The notes below the pieces were generated by a model. The model was not told the DNA's origin. It searched no databases and saw only the letters and a program-made list of their open reading frames with translations. Positions 1 to 9,899 of a stretch of DNA of 64,000 nucleotides are shown here, piece after piece; position 1 is the first letter of the stretch; every line of letters starts with the position of its first letter. Position numbers and translations under genes: made by a program. The DNA is from Gammaproteobacteria bacterium. Lineage in GTDB: Bacteria > Pseudomonadota > Gammaproteobacteria > UBA4575. Location of the stretch: assembly GCA_965243395.1 (NCBI GenBank), contig CBDEUS010000001.1, positions 1,088,001 to 1,152,000 on the forward strand. Direction: 5' to 3'.

Positions 1-579
1 TGTTTCTGAACAACTTTCTTCGAGTTCGCCTGAATTAGAATCTATATTTGGAAATAAACAGTGATAACATGCGCTATTGTCTTGCATGTTAAATACTGCA
101 ACTTGCCCTTCAAAACGAATTGCGGCACCAGTTATTAATGCTTTTTTATGTTTAACACAGGCAGCATTGATTGCAAATCGCGATTCAAAGTTATCGGTAG
201 CATCAACTACTACATCAGATCTTTGCACTTCTTTTGCAAGCGCTTCATTTGTTAACACTTGATTGATTGTGCGTACTGTGCACTGAGAATTAATTGCACT
301 TAGTGTTTGTTGTGCAGAATCTACCTTATTTTTACCGACGTCCTCTGTATGATGGAGTATCTGCCTTTGTAAGTTTGATAAATCGACGGTGTCCGGATCG
401 ACTATCGTTAGCTCACCGACACCGCTGGCAGCCAGATACATAGATACAGGAGAACCCAAGCCACCAGCACCAAATATCAATACTTTAGAATTAAGTAACT
501 TTTCTTGCCCATTAATATCAATTTGCGGCAACATTATTTGGCGATCATAGCGAAGCAACTGATCATCACTTAAATCCAT
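1..579 (-). CDS. moeB: Molybdopterin-synthase adenylyltransferase MoeB/ThiF family (runs off window start; not in ORF track)
   Basis: Manual translation from ATG at 579: MDLSDDQLLRYDRQIMLPQIDINGQEKLLNSKVLIFGAGGLGSPVSMYLAASGVG...DPDTVDLSNLQRQ; next to mobA/mobB. Confidence 0.9.
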   Translation of the reverse strand, partial: MDLSDDQLLRYDRQIMLPQIDINGQEKLLNSKVLIFGAGGLGSPVSMYLAASGVGELTIVDPDTVDLSNLQRQILHHTEDVGKNKVDSAQQTLSAINSQCTVRTINQVLTNEALAKEVQRSDVVVDATDNFESRFAINAACVKHKKALITGAAIRFEGQVAVFNMQDNSACYHCLFPNIDSNSGELEESCSET

Positions 580-591
580 CTTTATCAGACC

Positions 592-927
592 TTACTCACC
601 TTTGCGTCTTTTCTCTGCTTCTGCAAATGCAGCCAGCTGTTCCGGAGTAGCTTCTTTCTGAAATTTATCTTTCCATTCAGAATAAGGCATACCGTAGACT
701 ATTTCCCTTGCTTGTTCATATTCCAAGTTAATATTCCTTTCTTCTGCTGCAGCAACATACCACTTAGATAAACAGTTCCTGCAAAAATCCGCCAAATTCA
801 TTAAATCAATATTCTGAACTTCAGTTTTAGCCTGTAAATGTGCTACTAACCTTCTGTATACTGCGGCTTCAATTTCCAGCTGCTGTTGATCATTCATTTC
901 TTCACTCACCATAAAGTCCTCAAACAA
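592..927 (-). CDS. DUF1244-like small protein (real start probably ATG at 912 or 897)
   Basis: EIEAAVYRRLVAHL...QNIDLMNLADFCRNCLSKWY...AREIVYGMPYSEWK signature. Confidence 0.8.
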   Translation of the reverse strand: MFEDFMVSEEMNDQQQLEIEAAVYRRLVAHLQAKTEVQNIDLMNLADFCRNCLSKWYVAAAEERNINLEYEQAREIVYGMPYSEWKDKFQKEATPEQLAAFAEAEKRRKGE

Positions 928-990
928 GTTAATTTACAATATTATATTTGTATTTTCTCATAATACTTGGATCAAACCGCAATTAACTAA

Positions 991-1593
991 ATGACTACAA
1001 TTTATAATGAAAATGTAACAGGTGTGATTCTTGCCGGTGGCAAAGCAAGACGCATGGGAGGTTGCGATAAAGGACTAATAAAAATTAACAATCAGGCAAT
1101 GATTCAATATGTAATTGATGCTCTCAGACCTCAAGTAGCAGATATCTTAATTAATGCTAATCGCAATACAGAGCTTTATGAAAAGTTTGGTTATAGTGTA
1201 GTTGCAGATCAACTAGACGATTTTCAAGGCCCCCTCGCAGGGATTGCAGCTGCTATGAACAAAGCCAAAACAGAATACATCTGTACATGTCCATGTGATG
1301 GACCATTGGTTGCCCAAGATCTGGTTAGTCGATTATTGTCAGCATTTGATGATGAAAATACAGAAATTGCAGTTGCACATGATGGCAAGCGAATCCAACC
1401 TGTATATGCCTTGATGACCTGTAACTTACATACAAGCTTAATAAATTATCTTGAGAATGGAGAGCGTAAAATAGATCGTTGGTTTGCTCTGCATAACTGT
1501 ATAGAAATTGACTTTAGTGATAAACAAGATTGCTTTGTTAATATCAATACGCCAGAAGAACAAATCATTATTTCAGAAAAACTTTCGAATTAG
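991..1593 (+). CDS. mobA: Molybdenum cofactor guanylyltransferase
   Basis: ILAGGKARRMGGCDKGL, FQGPLAGI, PCDGP, FVNINTPEE motifs. Confidence 0.95.
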   Translation: MTTIYNENVTGVILAGGKARRMGGCDKGLIKINNQAMIQYVIDALRPQVADILINANRNTELYEKFGYSVVADQLDDFQGPLAGIAAAMNKAKTEYICTCPCDGPLVAQDLVSRLLSAFDDENTEIAVAHDGKRIQPVYALMTCNLHTSLINYLENGERKIDRWFALHNCIEIDFSDKQDCFVNINTPEEQIIISEKLSN

Positions 1594-1594
1594 T

Positions 1595-2125
1595 ATGCAA
1601 CAAATTTCATTTATCAAGCCTGTGATTGGCCTCTCTGCCTATAGCGGTTCAGGAAAAACAACACTACTAGGAAAACTCATTCCTATTTTCAATAGCCATA
1701 AACTTAGAGTAGCTGTGATTAAGCATGCACATCACTCATTTGATATCGATCATCCAGAAAAGGACAGTTACAAAATTCGAAAAGCGGGCGCCCAACAAAT
1801 TTTAATCTCGTCGCAAAATCGTTGGGCAATGATTCATGAACTAGAAGAAAATCAAGCAGAGCTTCAATTAGAGGATGCATTAGAAAAATTAGATACAGAA
1901 AATATAGATTTTGTCATTGTCGAAGGCTATAAAGCCGCTGCAATTCCCAAAATAGAGATCCACCGTCCCGCTTTAGGAAAACCATTAATCTCATCTGAGG
2001 ATTCACATGTCATTGCCATTGCAACAGATGATCCAGATAAGATAGACAGCACACTTCCTTTGCTGGATCTTAATCATCCTGAAATGATTGCGAGCTATAT
2101 TGAACGATTTATTGACAGTAATTGA
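1595..2125 (+). CDS. mobB: Molybdopterin-guanine dinucleotide biosynthesis protein B (start moved to ATG 1595)
   Basis: Walker-A-like AYSGSGKTT, IKHAHHSFDIDHPEKDS, VEGYK, PKIEIHR; follows mobA. Confidence 0.92.
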   Translation: MQQISFIKPVIGLSAYSGSGKTTLLGKLIPIFNSHKLRVAVIKHAHHSFDIDHPEKDSYKIRKAGAQQILISSQNRWAMIHELEENQAELQLEDALEKLDTENIDFVIVEGYKAAAIPKIEIHRPALGKPLISSEDSHVIAIATDDPDKIDSTLPLLDLNHPEMIASYIERFIDSN

Positions 2126-2390
2126 TAAAGTATTTCGTACATTCCTTAGCCAAGTATGAGATCTCTCTCCACTGGCCAGTTAAAAAAATGCTATAATTTG
2201 CTTATATTTAGGCACGTTGGTGCAATGAATAATAACAATGCATTGATATGTAACTCATGAATTTTCAGTTAGTTACATATACTTTTTAATCTTTATTATT
2301 ACGAAACTGGCTAACTGATTACCCATTAATTTGGGTAGCGTCCAGTTTTGGATGCAAATTAACTAATTAGACCTATTAGGAGAAGGCAAC

Positions 2391-3695
2391 ATGGCAGATC
2401 GTACCGTCACAGTAACCGACAATACGACAGGGAAAAAAGTCGACTTAGCGATTCATGATGGCACTAATGGCCCAAGCGTTATCGATATTGGCAAACTTTA
2501 CAAAGAGCTAGGATATTTCACCTTTGATCCTGGTTTTGTTTCTACAGGTAGTTGTAACAGCACCATTACATTCATTGATGGCGATATCGGCCTACTGCGA
2601 TATCGGGGATACCCTATCGAACAACTCGCTGAGAAAAGCACTTTCTTAGAAGTATGCTACCTGCTGCTTAACGGAGAGCTACCTACTCAAGCTGAGTTTG
2701 ATAGATTTGAATCCAGATTACGTGTGCATACTTTACTGGATGAAAAGATGCGCCGGTTTTATCTTGGCTTTCATAATGACGCTCACCCTATGGCCATGAT
2801 GGTAGCCACTGTAGGCGCATTATCTGCGTTCTATCATGATCATATTGATGTACATGATGCTGAATCACGGCAAATAGCTGCAAATCGCTTAATTGCAAAA
2901 ATGCCTACTATGGCTGCATGGGTACACAAATATTCAATTGGCCAACCATTCATATATCCAGATAATAATTTGGATTATGTATCAAACTTCTTACACATGA
3001 TGTTTGGTTTACCCACTATGGATTACAAGCCAAGCCCAACGTTTGTAAAAGCAATGGATGTAATCTTAATTTTACATGCTGACCATGAACAGAATGCCTC
3101 TACTTCTACAGTTAGACTGGCGGGAAGCTCTGGAGCCAACCCATATGCAGCACTTTCGGCTGGAATTAGTTCGCTTTGGGGACCAGCACATGGTGGTGCA
3201 AATGAAGCTGTTATTCGCATGCTTGAAGATATTGTTGAATCTGATAATGATGTTGCGTACTACATTGATCGCGCAAAAGACAAAGATTCGCCTTTCCGTC
3301 TAATGGGATTTGGGCACCGCGTATATAAAAACTATGATCCGCGTGCAAAAATTATTCGTGAAGTTTGTCACGAGTTATTAGCTGAATTGGGCGACGACAA
3401 TCCAAACAAACCATTGTTTGATACGGCAATGGAGCTTGAAAAAATTGCTCTGGAAGATGATTACTTTGTTGAACGTAAGCTTTATCCAAACGTAGATTTC
3501 TACTCTGGAATAATTTTGCGTGCCATGGGCATTCCAATGGAAATGTTTACTGTAATTTTTGCTTTAGCAAGAACAGTGGGCTGGATTTCGCATTGGAAAG
3601 AACATATGAGTGATCCTGCTGCAAAGATCGGCCGCCCGCGTCAGTTGTATACAGGTTCTGACGAAAGAGATTACGTTGATATCAAAAATAGATAA
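2391..3695 (+). CDS. gltA: Citrate synthase (type II)
   Basis: [64 protein letters not shown]; RBS AGGAG. Confidence 0.98.
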   Translation: MADRTVTVTDNTTGKKVDLAIHDGTNGPSVIDIGKLYKELGYFTFDPGFVSTGSCNSTITFIDGDIGLLRYRGYPIEQLAEKSTFLEVCYLLLNGELPTQAEFDRFESRLRVHTLLDEKMRRFYLGFHNDAHPMAMMVATVGALSAFYHDHIDVHDAESRQIAANRLIAKMPTMAAWVHKYSIGQPFIYPDNNLDYVSNFLHMMFGLPTMDYKPSPTFVKAMDVILILHADHEQNASTSTVRLAGSSGANPYAALSAGISSLWGPAHGGANEAVIRMLEDIVESDNDVAYYIDRAKDKDSPFRLMGFGHRVYKNYDPRAKIIREVCHELLAELGDDNPNKPLFDTAMELEKIALEDDYFVERKLYPNVDFYSGIILRAMGIPMEMFTVIFALARTVGWISHWKEHMSDPAAKIGRPRQLYTGSDERDYVDIKNR

Positions 3696-3697
3696 AA

Positions 3698-4852
3698 TCA
3701 GATCTCGGCAAAGAAGTTTGCTAATACCGGACTAAACAACTCATCATCGACCAAGAATGCATCGTGTCCTTTATTGGACGCGATGCGCTCAAACTGAACA
3801 TTACGCCCAGCATTTTTAACCCCTTCATATATTTCTTCCTGCTGCTGGATCGGGAATAAAATATCTGTATCAACTCCTACCACTAACGTTTTCTTGGCAT
3901 GAATTTTTGCTAAACCTGCATTTACTGATCCGCCATGTTCTGCAACATCAAACAAATCCATTGCACGAGATAAATAAAGATAACTATTTGCATCAAATGT
4001 ATCGACAAATTTATGCGCGTTATAATCAAGGTAGGATTCAACCTCGAATTCAATGCCAAATTTCCCTTTGCCTTTCCTACTGGGATCTACCCTTGCACGA
4101 TTAAAACGTTCGTTCCACTCTTCCGCTGCACGATAGGTTACTAACCCAAGCTTACGAGCTAACACCATGCCACGTTTGGGCTCTTCATCTGGTTCATAAC
4201 AACCACTTTTCCAGTCAGGATCACAAATGACAATTTCGCGCTGTAATGAACGCATGGCAATCGCTAATGGTAAGGAGCGGCATGCGCCAGAAATCGTAAC
4301 CAGATAATCTAGCTCATCAGGAAATTGTAAAGCATAAGCAAGTGAAGACATCCCTCCCATTGATGCACCGACAACAGCACGCAAATGATCAACACCCAGC
4401 TCTTGCATCGCATGATGTCCCGCTTTCGCGATATCTTCGATAGTCAATTCTGGAAAGTCAGAGCAATATTGACTTCCGGTTTTTGGATTTATGGAATTTG
4501 GACTTGTCGAACCAAAACAGCTACCTAATGAATTTACACAAACAACAAAGAAGCGATTTGTATCAATCGGCTTGCCTGGACCAATCATGTATTCCCACCA
4601 ACCAGGTGACGGATCTTCCTCTGAAGAACATGCATGAGCCGAAGGCGACAAACCTGTAAATACCAATACTGCATTATCGTGTGTTTCAGATAGCTTGCCC
4701 CAAGACTCATATGCCACTTGTACTTCTGGCAAGCTTTCGCCCCGGCGCATAATAAAATCTGTTGTTCCATAGTCGCCATGTAACTCAACTAACCGAGTTG
4801 CTGGTGGCATACGGTTTGGTATGGGATGGATTTCTTTAGCAGTCGAGCTCAC
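3698..4852 (-). CDS. metX: MetX-family O-acyltransferase, probably serine-acylating subtype
   Basis: AYESWG, TGLSPSAHA, PGWW..IGPGKPIDT, GASMGG nucleophile, DILFP, GHDAFL. Confidence 0.85.
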   Translation of the reverse strand: MSSTAKEIHPIPNRMPPATRLVELHGDYGTTDFIMRRGESLPEVQVAYESWGKLSETHDNAVLVFTGLSPSAHACSSEEDPSPGWWEYMIGPGKPIDTNRFFVVCVNSLGSCFGSTSPNSINPKTGSQYCSDFPELTIEDIAKAGHHAMQELGVDHLRAVVGASMGGMSSLAYALQFPDELDYLVTISGACRSLPLAIAMRSLQREIVICDPDWKSGCYEPDEEPKRGMVLARKLGLVTYRAAEEWNERFNRARVDPSRKGKGKFGIEFEVESYLDYNAHKFVDTFDANSYLYLSRAMDLFDVAEHGGSVNAGLAKIHAKKTLVVGVDTDILFPIQQQEEIYEGVKNAGRNVQFERIASNKGHDAFLVDDELFSPVLANFFAEI

Positions 4853-4935
4853 GATTATCCTTTCAGAAACTATTTAATAACTTATCAAATAAAAAGAAGT
4901 AAATTCTAGCAGTAACTAATATTTGAAGCTCTGAA

Positions 4936-5433
4936 TTAAACAGACTTTCTTGGGCGTAATGACTGAATAACGGACAAAATCAGCAAAAATACAAATAAAA
5001 TTAGCGTTTGCTCGGGAATAGTTAATTTTGCAAATGTCCAACTTACTTCTGCACATGATCCTGAACCCGTCAGCGTTTTCTTTAATACATCGAATAATGG
5101 CAATGTATCGAGCATATAATACAGATCTGGGCCACATTCCGGCACTTGGTCTTTTGGCAAATTTTGAAGCCATATATGTCTCGACGCCAATGCAATTCCA
5201 ATAGAACTTAGCACGATCCCTAAAAATCCATAAAACTTTGCAAAGATTGTTTTAGGGCCATGCAACAAGGCAATTAAAAATACGATTCCAAGTGCGATTA
5301 TTACCACTCGGTCCAAAATACAAAGTGGGCAGGGATCTAGATATAAGATATTTTCTAAATACAATATTGCAAATAACATTGCGGCAATACATGTTAGCAA
5401 CCCTAGGAATGCCAGCGAACGATAACTAAACAT
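4936..5433 (-). CDS. dsbB: Disulfide bond formation protein B
   Basis: Four hydrophobic segments, PCPLCILDR and periplasmic ECGP...GSCAE cysteine pair. Confidence 0.92.
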   Translation of the reverse strand: MFSYRSLAFLGLLTCIAAMLFAILYLENILYLDPCPLCILDRVVIIALGIVFLIALLHGPKTIFAKFYGFLGIVLSSIGIALASRHIWLQNLPKDQVPECGPDLYYMLDTLPLFDVLKKTLTGSGSCAEVSWTFAKLTIPEQTLILFVFLLILSVIQSLRPRKSV

Positions 5434-5448
5434 AAAAGCTATAAAAAA

Positions 5449-5988
5449 TTATTCTTCGATGGCTTGTTGTAAAGTTTCTTCTATTACCTGCTCTACAGGT
5501 TGATCATACTCAACCAAGGAATAACCTTCAGGAGGCTCTTGTAGTTGAAACGAATCAACTGTTTTTGTTTCTTGAATATTTGCGATGCCTACTCTTTCGG
5601 AAATATTATATTCAAACCAGTCATCTTTAACTGAGTAAACATCATATACGACTTGGTCACCGTTACCATTTACTTCGTAATACACTCCGTTTTCGTAAGA
5701 CCATGTTCCTTTATCGGATGACAATTCATAAAGTTTTTCTTTATCATTCAAAATCAAGTAATCAACAGAATATTTGCCATTGGCTTCACGTACTATTTTC
5801 CAAGACTCCGTCCAGCCGGCATCTTCCTCTCCTTCGTATCCGCCTTCTCCGCGCCACACACCAATCAAGGCTTGTTTTGACTTAGTATCATCATCCTTTA
5901 CTTCAGGATTTTGAGAACATGAGCTAATAAAAATAGCTGACATTAGAAACGCAGATAGTAAGAAAAATTTTATTACAAACAACTTCAT
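5449..5988 (-). CDS. Hypothetical lipoprotein
   Basis: Signal peptide ending ISSC; LIGVWRG lipocalin-like start of mature part. Confidence 0.65.
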   Translation of the reverse strand: MKLFVIKFFLLSAFLMSAIFISSCSQNPEVKDDDTKSKQALIGVWRGEGGYEGEEDAGWTESWKIVREANGKYSVDYLILNDKEKLYELSSDKGTWSYENGVYYEVNGNGDQVVYDVYSVKDDWFEYNISERVGIANIQETKTVDSFQLQEPPEGYSLVEYDQPVEQVIEETLQQAIEE

Positions 5989-6031
5989 TATATTGACCTA
6001 ATGCCTAGTGAATATTGAATGGCAAGTGTAA

Positions 6032-6574
6032 CTACTCATCACTCATCTCACAATGCAAGGCGTGAAGCTTTTTATACCATTCAATTAGAACTGACAACGA
6101 ATATGCTGCATTTGCAGGACTTGGATTTGGTGTGACAAATACCAGTGAATTCCCTATCTGAAATTCTTGCAATCCCCATTGAATCTGATTTTTCTTCAAA
6201 TCAGAATATTGTTGGAATTTTTGTATGGCAACTTTGCCATGAAACCAGCATATTTTTGGTTGATATTGCATGATCGTATTAAATAGTACGGGTGCCCATT
6301 TTTTATAGTCTTTCGCGCATAAATCTTTGCCCATTGATGAATGCCGTTTAACAACATCTGTGAATCCAATTTTATATTCTTGAAATAATTTTTGCTGTGA
6401 AGATACAGATGGAATTAATTGTTTCGAAACCAGCCCGCTTGCATTCAATGCTTTCCAAAAACGATTCCTGGGATTAGCAAAGTAATACCCTCGTTCTACG
6501 GATATAGTTGAGGGATTAAGTCCAATTGAAAGAATCTCTAAATCAAATTCAATATAATCTAATAGCGTTTTCAT
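6032..6574 (-). CDS. mug: Mismatch-specific (G:U/G:T) DNA glycosylase, UDG family 2
   Basis: GLNPS, YFANPRNRFWKAL, GFTDVV, PNPSPAN motifs. Confidence 0.88.
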   Translation of the reverse strand: MKTLLDYIEFDLEILSIGLNPSTISVERGYYFANPRNRFWKALNASGLVSKQLIPSVSSQQKLFQEYKIGFTDVVKRHSSMGKDLCAKDYKKWAPVLFNTIMQYQPKICWFHGKVAIQKFQQYSDLKKNQIQWGLQEFQIGNSLVFVTPNPSPANAAYSLSVLIEWYKKLHALHCEMSDE

Positions 6575-6623
6575 TTATAAAAATTGTTACAATTGAGCTT
6601 CATTGATTGCTTAAATAATAATT

Positions 6624-7355
6624 ATGCCTACAAACAAAATCGGTCACACCATTCATGCCATGGAACTAGGTCCAATGGAAAACTTTATCTATTTACTAGT
6701 AGATGAAAATAGTAAAACAGCAGCTGTTGTAGATCCCGCATGGGATGTCGACACAATTGTACAAAATGCAAAGCAACTCGATATTACTATTACTGACGTA
6801 TTATTAACTCATAGCCACCATGATCACATCAATGGCGTAGAAGAGTTATTAAACCATTATGATGCCCAAGTTCATTTATTAAAAAGCGAAGCTGATTTTT
6901 GGGGTAAAGAATTAGCTAAACCCAATATTCACCATGGTGGAGATCAAATTAAACTAGGTCAAACTGAAATAGAAATCATGCATACACCTGGTCATACACC
7001 TGGTTCAGCATGTTACCGATTAGGGAATGATTTGATTACAGGCGATACATTATTTGTATTTGGTTGCGGGCGTTGCGATTTGCATGGCGGAGACCCTGAA
7101 CAAATGTACAAGACCTTAAAACATTTTAAAACAGATTTGCCTAACGATATTGTAATCCATCCAGGCCATAACTATGCAGTGCAAAAATCTTCTACCTTAA
7201 GAGAAGAAATCGAAGGTAATCCATTTATGCATTTTACCGATGTAGACCAATTTGTACGTTATCGCATGAAAATTCATGATCAAATCAGAAACTCTCCCTA
7301 TTCATCACAAAGCGAGAGCGCTTTAAAGAAACAACTCGATACAGCAGAGCATTAA
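6624..7355 (+). CDS. Metallo-beta-lactamase-fold hydrolase (glyoxalase II-like)
   Basis: THSHHDH, HTPGHTPGS, TGDTLF..GCGR, PGHNY. Confidence 0.88.
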   Translation: MPTNKIGHTIHAMELGPMENFIYLLVDENSKTAAVVDPAWDVDTIVQNAKQLDITITDVLLTHSHHDHINGVEELLNHYDAQVHLLKSEADFWGKELAKPNIHHGGDQIKLGQTEIEIMHTPGHTPGSACYRLGNDLITGDTLFVFGCGRCDLHGGDPEQMYKTLKHFKTDLPNDIVIHPGHNYAVQKSSTLREEIEGNPFMHFTDVDQFVRYRMKIHDQIRNSPYSSQSESALKKQLDTAEH

Positions 7356-8437
7356 AATATCTCTAACTGCTTTACGCTTTTATTAGTTCGTACAAATTTA
7401 GTTTCGTCCAACTGGTGCAAGTCTTTATATAAATTGTGTTTTTTACAGGCGAGTACGAAACGATCTTCAATTAAATTTGCATACTTACCAGAACCACGCA
7501 TACGCATACCAAAATTAGATTGGTATAACTCACCGCCATGCATTTCTTTTAGTCGATTTAATATATGCTCAGCTTTATATGGATATTCTTTTTCAAGCCA
7601 GTCTACAAACAATGTCTTTAACTCGTGCGGCAATCTCAGCATTACAAAATTTGCACCAACAGCGCCTGCATCACTTGCTGTTGCAATAATATTCTCAAGT
7701 TCACCGTCGGTAAGTACGGGGATTATCGGAGCAACTAAAACACTTACAGGTATATTTGCCTCTGATAGAGATTGAACTACTTTCAATCTTCGTTGTGGCG
7801 TTGCTGCACGCGGCTCTAATTGTTGCGCTAACCTTTTATCCAAGGTTGTTATCGTAACCGCTACATGCACTAAATTCAGCTCCGCTAATTTCGTCAAAAT
7901 ATCAATATCACGCTCTACTAAAGCAGATTTAGTCACTAGACTTACGGGATGCTTATACTCCAGCATTAGTTGCAAAATTTTTCTTGTAATTCCTAACTTT
8001 TTTTCAACAGGTTGATAAGTGTCTGTAATATTCCCTAACGAGATCGTTTTAACTTCATAACTGGATTTTAAAAATTCTTTTTTGAGCAGCTCTACCGCAT
8101 TAGATTTATAAAATATCTTTTGCTCAAAATCGAGGCCGGGCGATAGGTCTAAATATGAATGTGTTGGTCTTGCGAAGCAATAAACGCATCCGTGCTCACA
8201 GCCACGATAAATATTCAAACTACGTTCAAATGGAACATCTGGTGAATGATTTTTACTTAAGATTGATTTTGCTGAAGACGAAGAAATTTCTGTTAAAACA
8301 ATTTTTGAATCATATTCAGAAATCCCAGAATCTAATTCAGTAACCGTTTTTTCAAATCTGCCTGGTATGTTAGTGCTATGCCCGCGTCCCCTATAATTTT
8401 GCGTCGACTTTTTGTTTGGTGAAATTCTAGTAACCAA
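7352..8437 (-). CDS. PA0069/Rv2578c-family radical SAM protein (SplB-related)
   Basis: YRGCEHGCVYCFARPTHSYLDLSPGLDFE (CxxxCxxC), TDTYQPVE, LEPRAATP. Confidence 0.9.
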   Translation of the reverse strand: MVTRISPNKKSTQNYRGRGHSTNIPGRFEKTVTELDSGISEYDSKIVLTEISSSSAKSILSKNHSPDVPFERSLNIYRGCEHGCVYCFARPTHSYLDLSPGLDFEQKIFYKSNAVELLKKEFLKSSYEVKTISLGNITDTYQPVEKKLGITRKILQLMLEYKHPVSLVTKSALVERDIDILTKLAELNLVHVAVTITTLDKRLAQQLEPRAATPQRRLKVVQSLSEANIPVSVLVAPIIPVLTDGELENIIATASDAGAVGANFVMLRLPHELKTLFVDWLEKEYPYKAEHILNRLKEMHGGELYQSNFGMRMRGSGKYANLIEDRFVLACKKHNLYKDLHQLDETKFVRTNKSVKQLEIF

Positions 8438-8441
8438 GATA

Positions 8442-8810
8442 TCAAGATGCTTGCTTGCTAAGCGAAACTAAAATATTACTAATTTCTTCAGCGGAACCAA
8501 GGTAAGGCGCCATTTTAATTTTTATATTTGGATGCTGGATCTGAGATTTTTGCAATTCTTCAGGAATATCCGTAGCGACATGTCGGCCCGCAGAGAGAAA
8601 ATACGGCAATACGGTAACTGCCTTCGCTCCTTTCGCCACACAGCTTGTAACACCTTCTGGAATGGAAGGTTCTGCTAGCTCCAGAAAAGCGCATTCGACA
8701 ATCGGGAATTCATGATCGCTATGGCCTGCCAGACGCTCTGTAAGTGTCCTGACCTCATCATTTGAGGCCTGACGACGGCTCCCATGCGCAATAAGTAGTA
8801 GAGCATTCAT
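8442..8810 (-). CDS. Short CbiX/SirB-type chelatase domain protein
   Basis: LIAHGSR, AFLELAEPSI, PYFLSAGRHV..DIP. Confidence 0.85.
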   Translation of the reverse strand: MNALLLIAHGSRRQASNDEVRTLTERLAGHSDHEFPIVECAFLELAEPSIPEGVTSCVAKGAKAVTVLPYFLSAGRHVATDIPEELQKSQIQHPNIKIKMAPYLGSAEEISNILVSLSKQAS

Positions 8811-8881
8811 GCATAAATGCTATCACAGACCAAAATGAAGCTTTACGGCTGTGCTACACAAACAAGGGATAGTTATTAGGC

Positions 8882-8919
8882 AAAAAAAACCCACGTTTTG
8901 AGATTTTCTAAACGTGGGT
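8882..8919 (-). terminator. Rho-independent terminator
   Basis: Minus strand ACCCACGTTT-loop-AAACGTGGGT running into a U tract. Confidence 0.8.
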
Positions 8920-9044
8920 CAGTTTCAGAAGGAGAGAAACTACAATCTGTATTATAAAACTGGACCGAGATGTTAAATTTACAGCTCATCCGTGTTTATC
9001 TGCCTTTTAGCCAGAGATATACAAAATATATGGCCTAAGAAGAC

Positions 9045-9416
9045 CTATACGACACCAAATTCCTGCTTGAGGAACTCCTCTTCTCGTAGCACTTCAGGCT
9101 GGGAGTCCAAATCCTGTTTTTTGTAAGTCACCATGGCAACCCCCCGATCATCTATGCGGATAATAATGCCCATCATCCTGCTCATACGTCGCAACGGACC
9201 ATCCTTACTGACCAGTACAATCTCCACTTTTTTACCACGATCCAGGTCATGTTCTGGAATCTGAACATACAAACCACCATCACTGATATTGCCCTGATTT
9301 GAGCGTAATGTCGTATAGCCCGAGCGCTTGATGTACACATCGCCCTTTATCGCTATCCGCTCTTTTCGTGGATAAAATGAGCTGCGTAATTTCTTTTTCC
9401 TAAAAATCCCGAACAT
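9045..9416 (-). CDS. PilZ-domain protein
   Basis: Arg-rich N-terminus (PRKER) and NISDGG (D/NxSxxG) motif. Confidence 0.75.
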   Translation of the reverse strand: MFGIFRKKKLRSSFYPRKERIAIKGDVYIKRSGYTTLRSNQGNISDGGLYVQIPEHDLDRGKKVEIVLVSKDGPLRRMSRMMGIIIRIDDRGVAMVTYKKQDLDSQPEVLREEEFLKQEFGVV

Positions 9417-9590
9417 ATGTAAATAGATCGTTTAGATCGAACTTTTTCAACTTAGACTAATTAAAAATATTGCTTTAAATTGTAAGTTACCATAGGTAGA
9501 AGTTATGTTTTGTGACAGCATGCGCCGATGGCAAGCGAGTTATTCCTGTCAAACGGATTGAGGCAAAAGACATTGACAGGCAGATATTAT

Positions 9591-9899
9591 CTACCTGTTT
9601 AACATGGCAGCATCACGGAATATTTTCCAATCTGCGCCCAATATGGAACATTTTTCGGGATTATTCTTATATTTACTTTTCAATAAGCGATAGCTGATAT
9701 GAGGGATCTTGAAGGTAAATGCCGCGAGCAGCATAAACATAAGCCCCATCAAAGTGGTTCTTTCGCCTTTTAAATCGACATTAAATATCCAAATTATTAA
9801 TGCTGCTAAACATACCAGCGCAATAGTCATATAGGTTAAATTACGATTAAGTACATGATATTCGCTATAAAGGCTCTGAGATATTTTACTTTCAGACAT
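9591..9899 (-). CDS. Hypothetical two-TM membrane protein
   Basis: Start overlaps rhombosortase stop; two hydrophobic segments. Confidence 0.6.
   Translation of the reverse strand: MSESKISQSLYSEYHVLNRNLTYMTIALVCLAALIIWIFNVDLKGERTTLMGLMFMLLAAFTFKIPHISYRLLKSKYKNNPEKCSILGADWKIFRDAAMLNR

Noticed and set aside
1508-1594. N-terminal extension of mobB in the ORF track
   Set aside because: It overlaps mobA; ATG at 1595 directly after the mobA stop is more plausible.
9512-9697. 61-aa ORF and CCTGTCAA/TTGACAGG repeat as a riboswitch
   Set aside because: The ORF overlaps an opposite-strand gene; the arms are far apart and match no aptamer I recognise.
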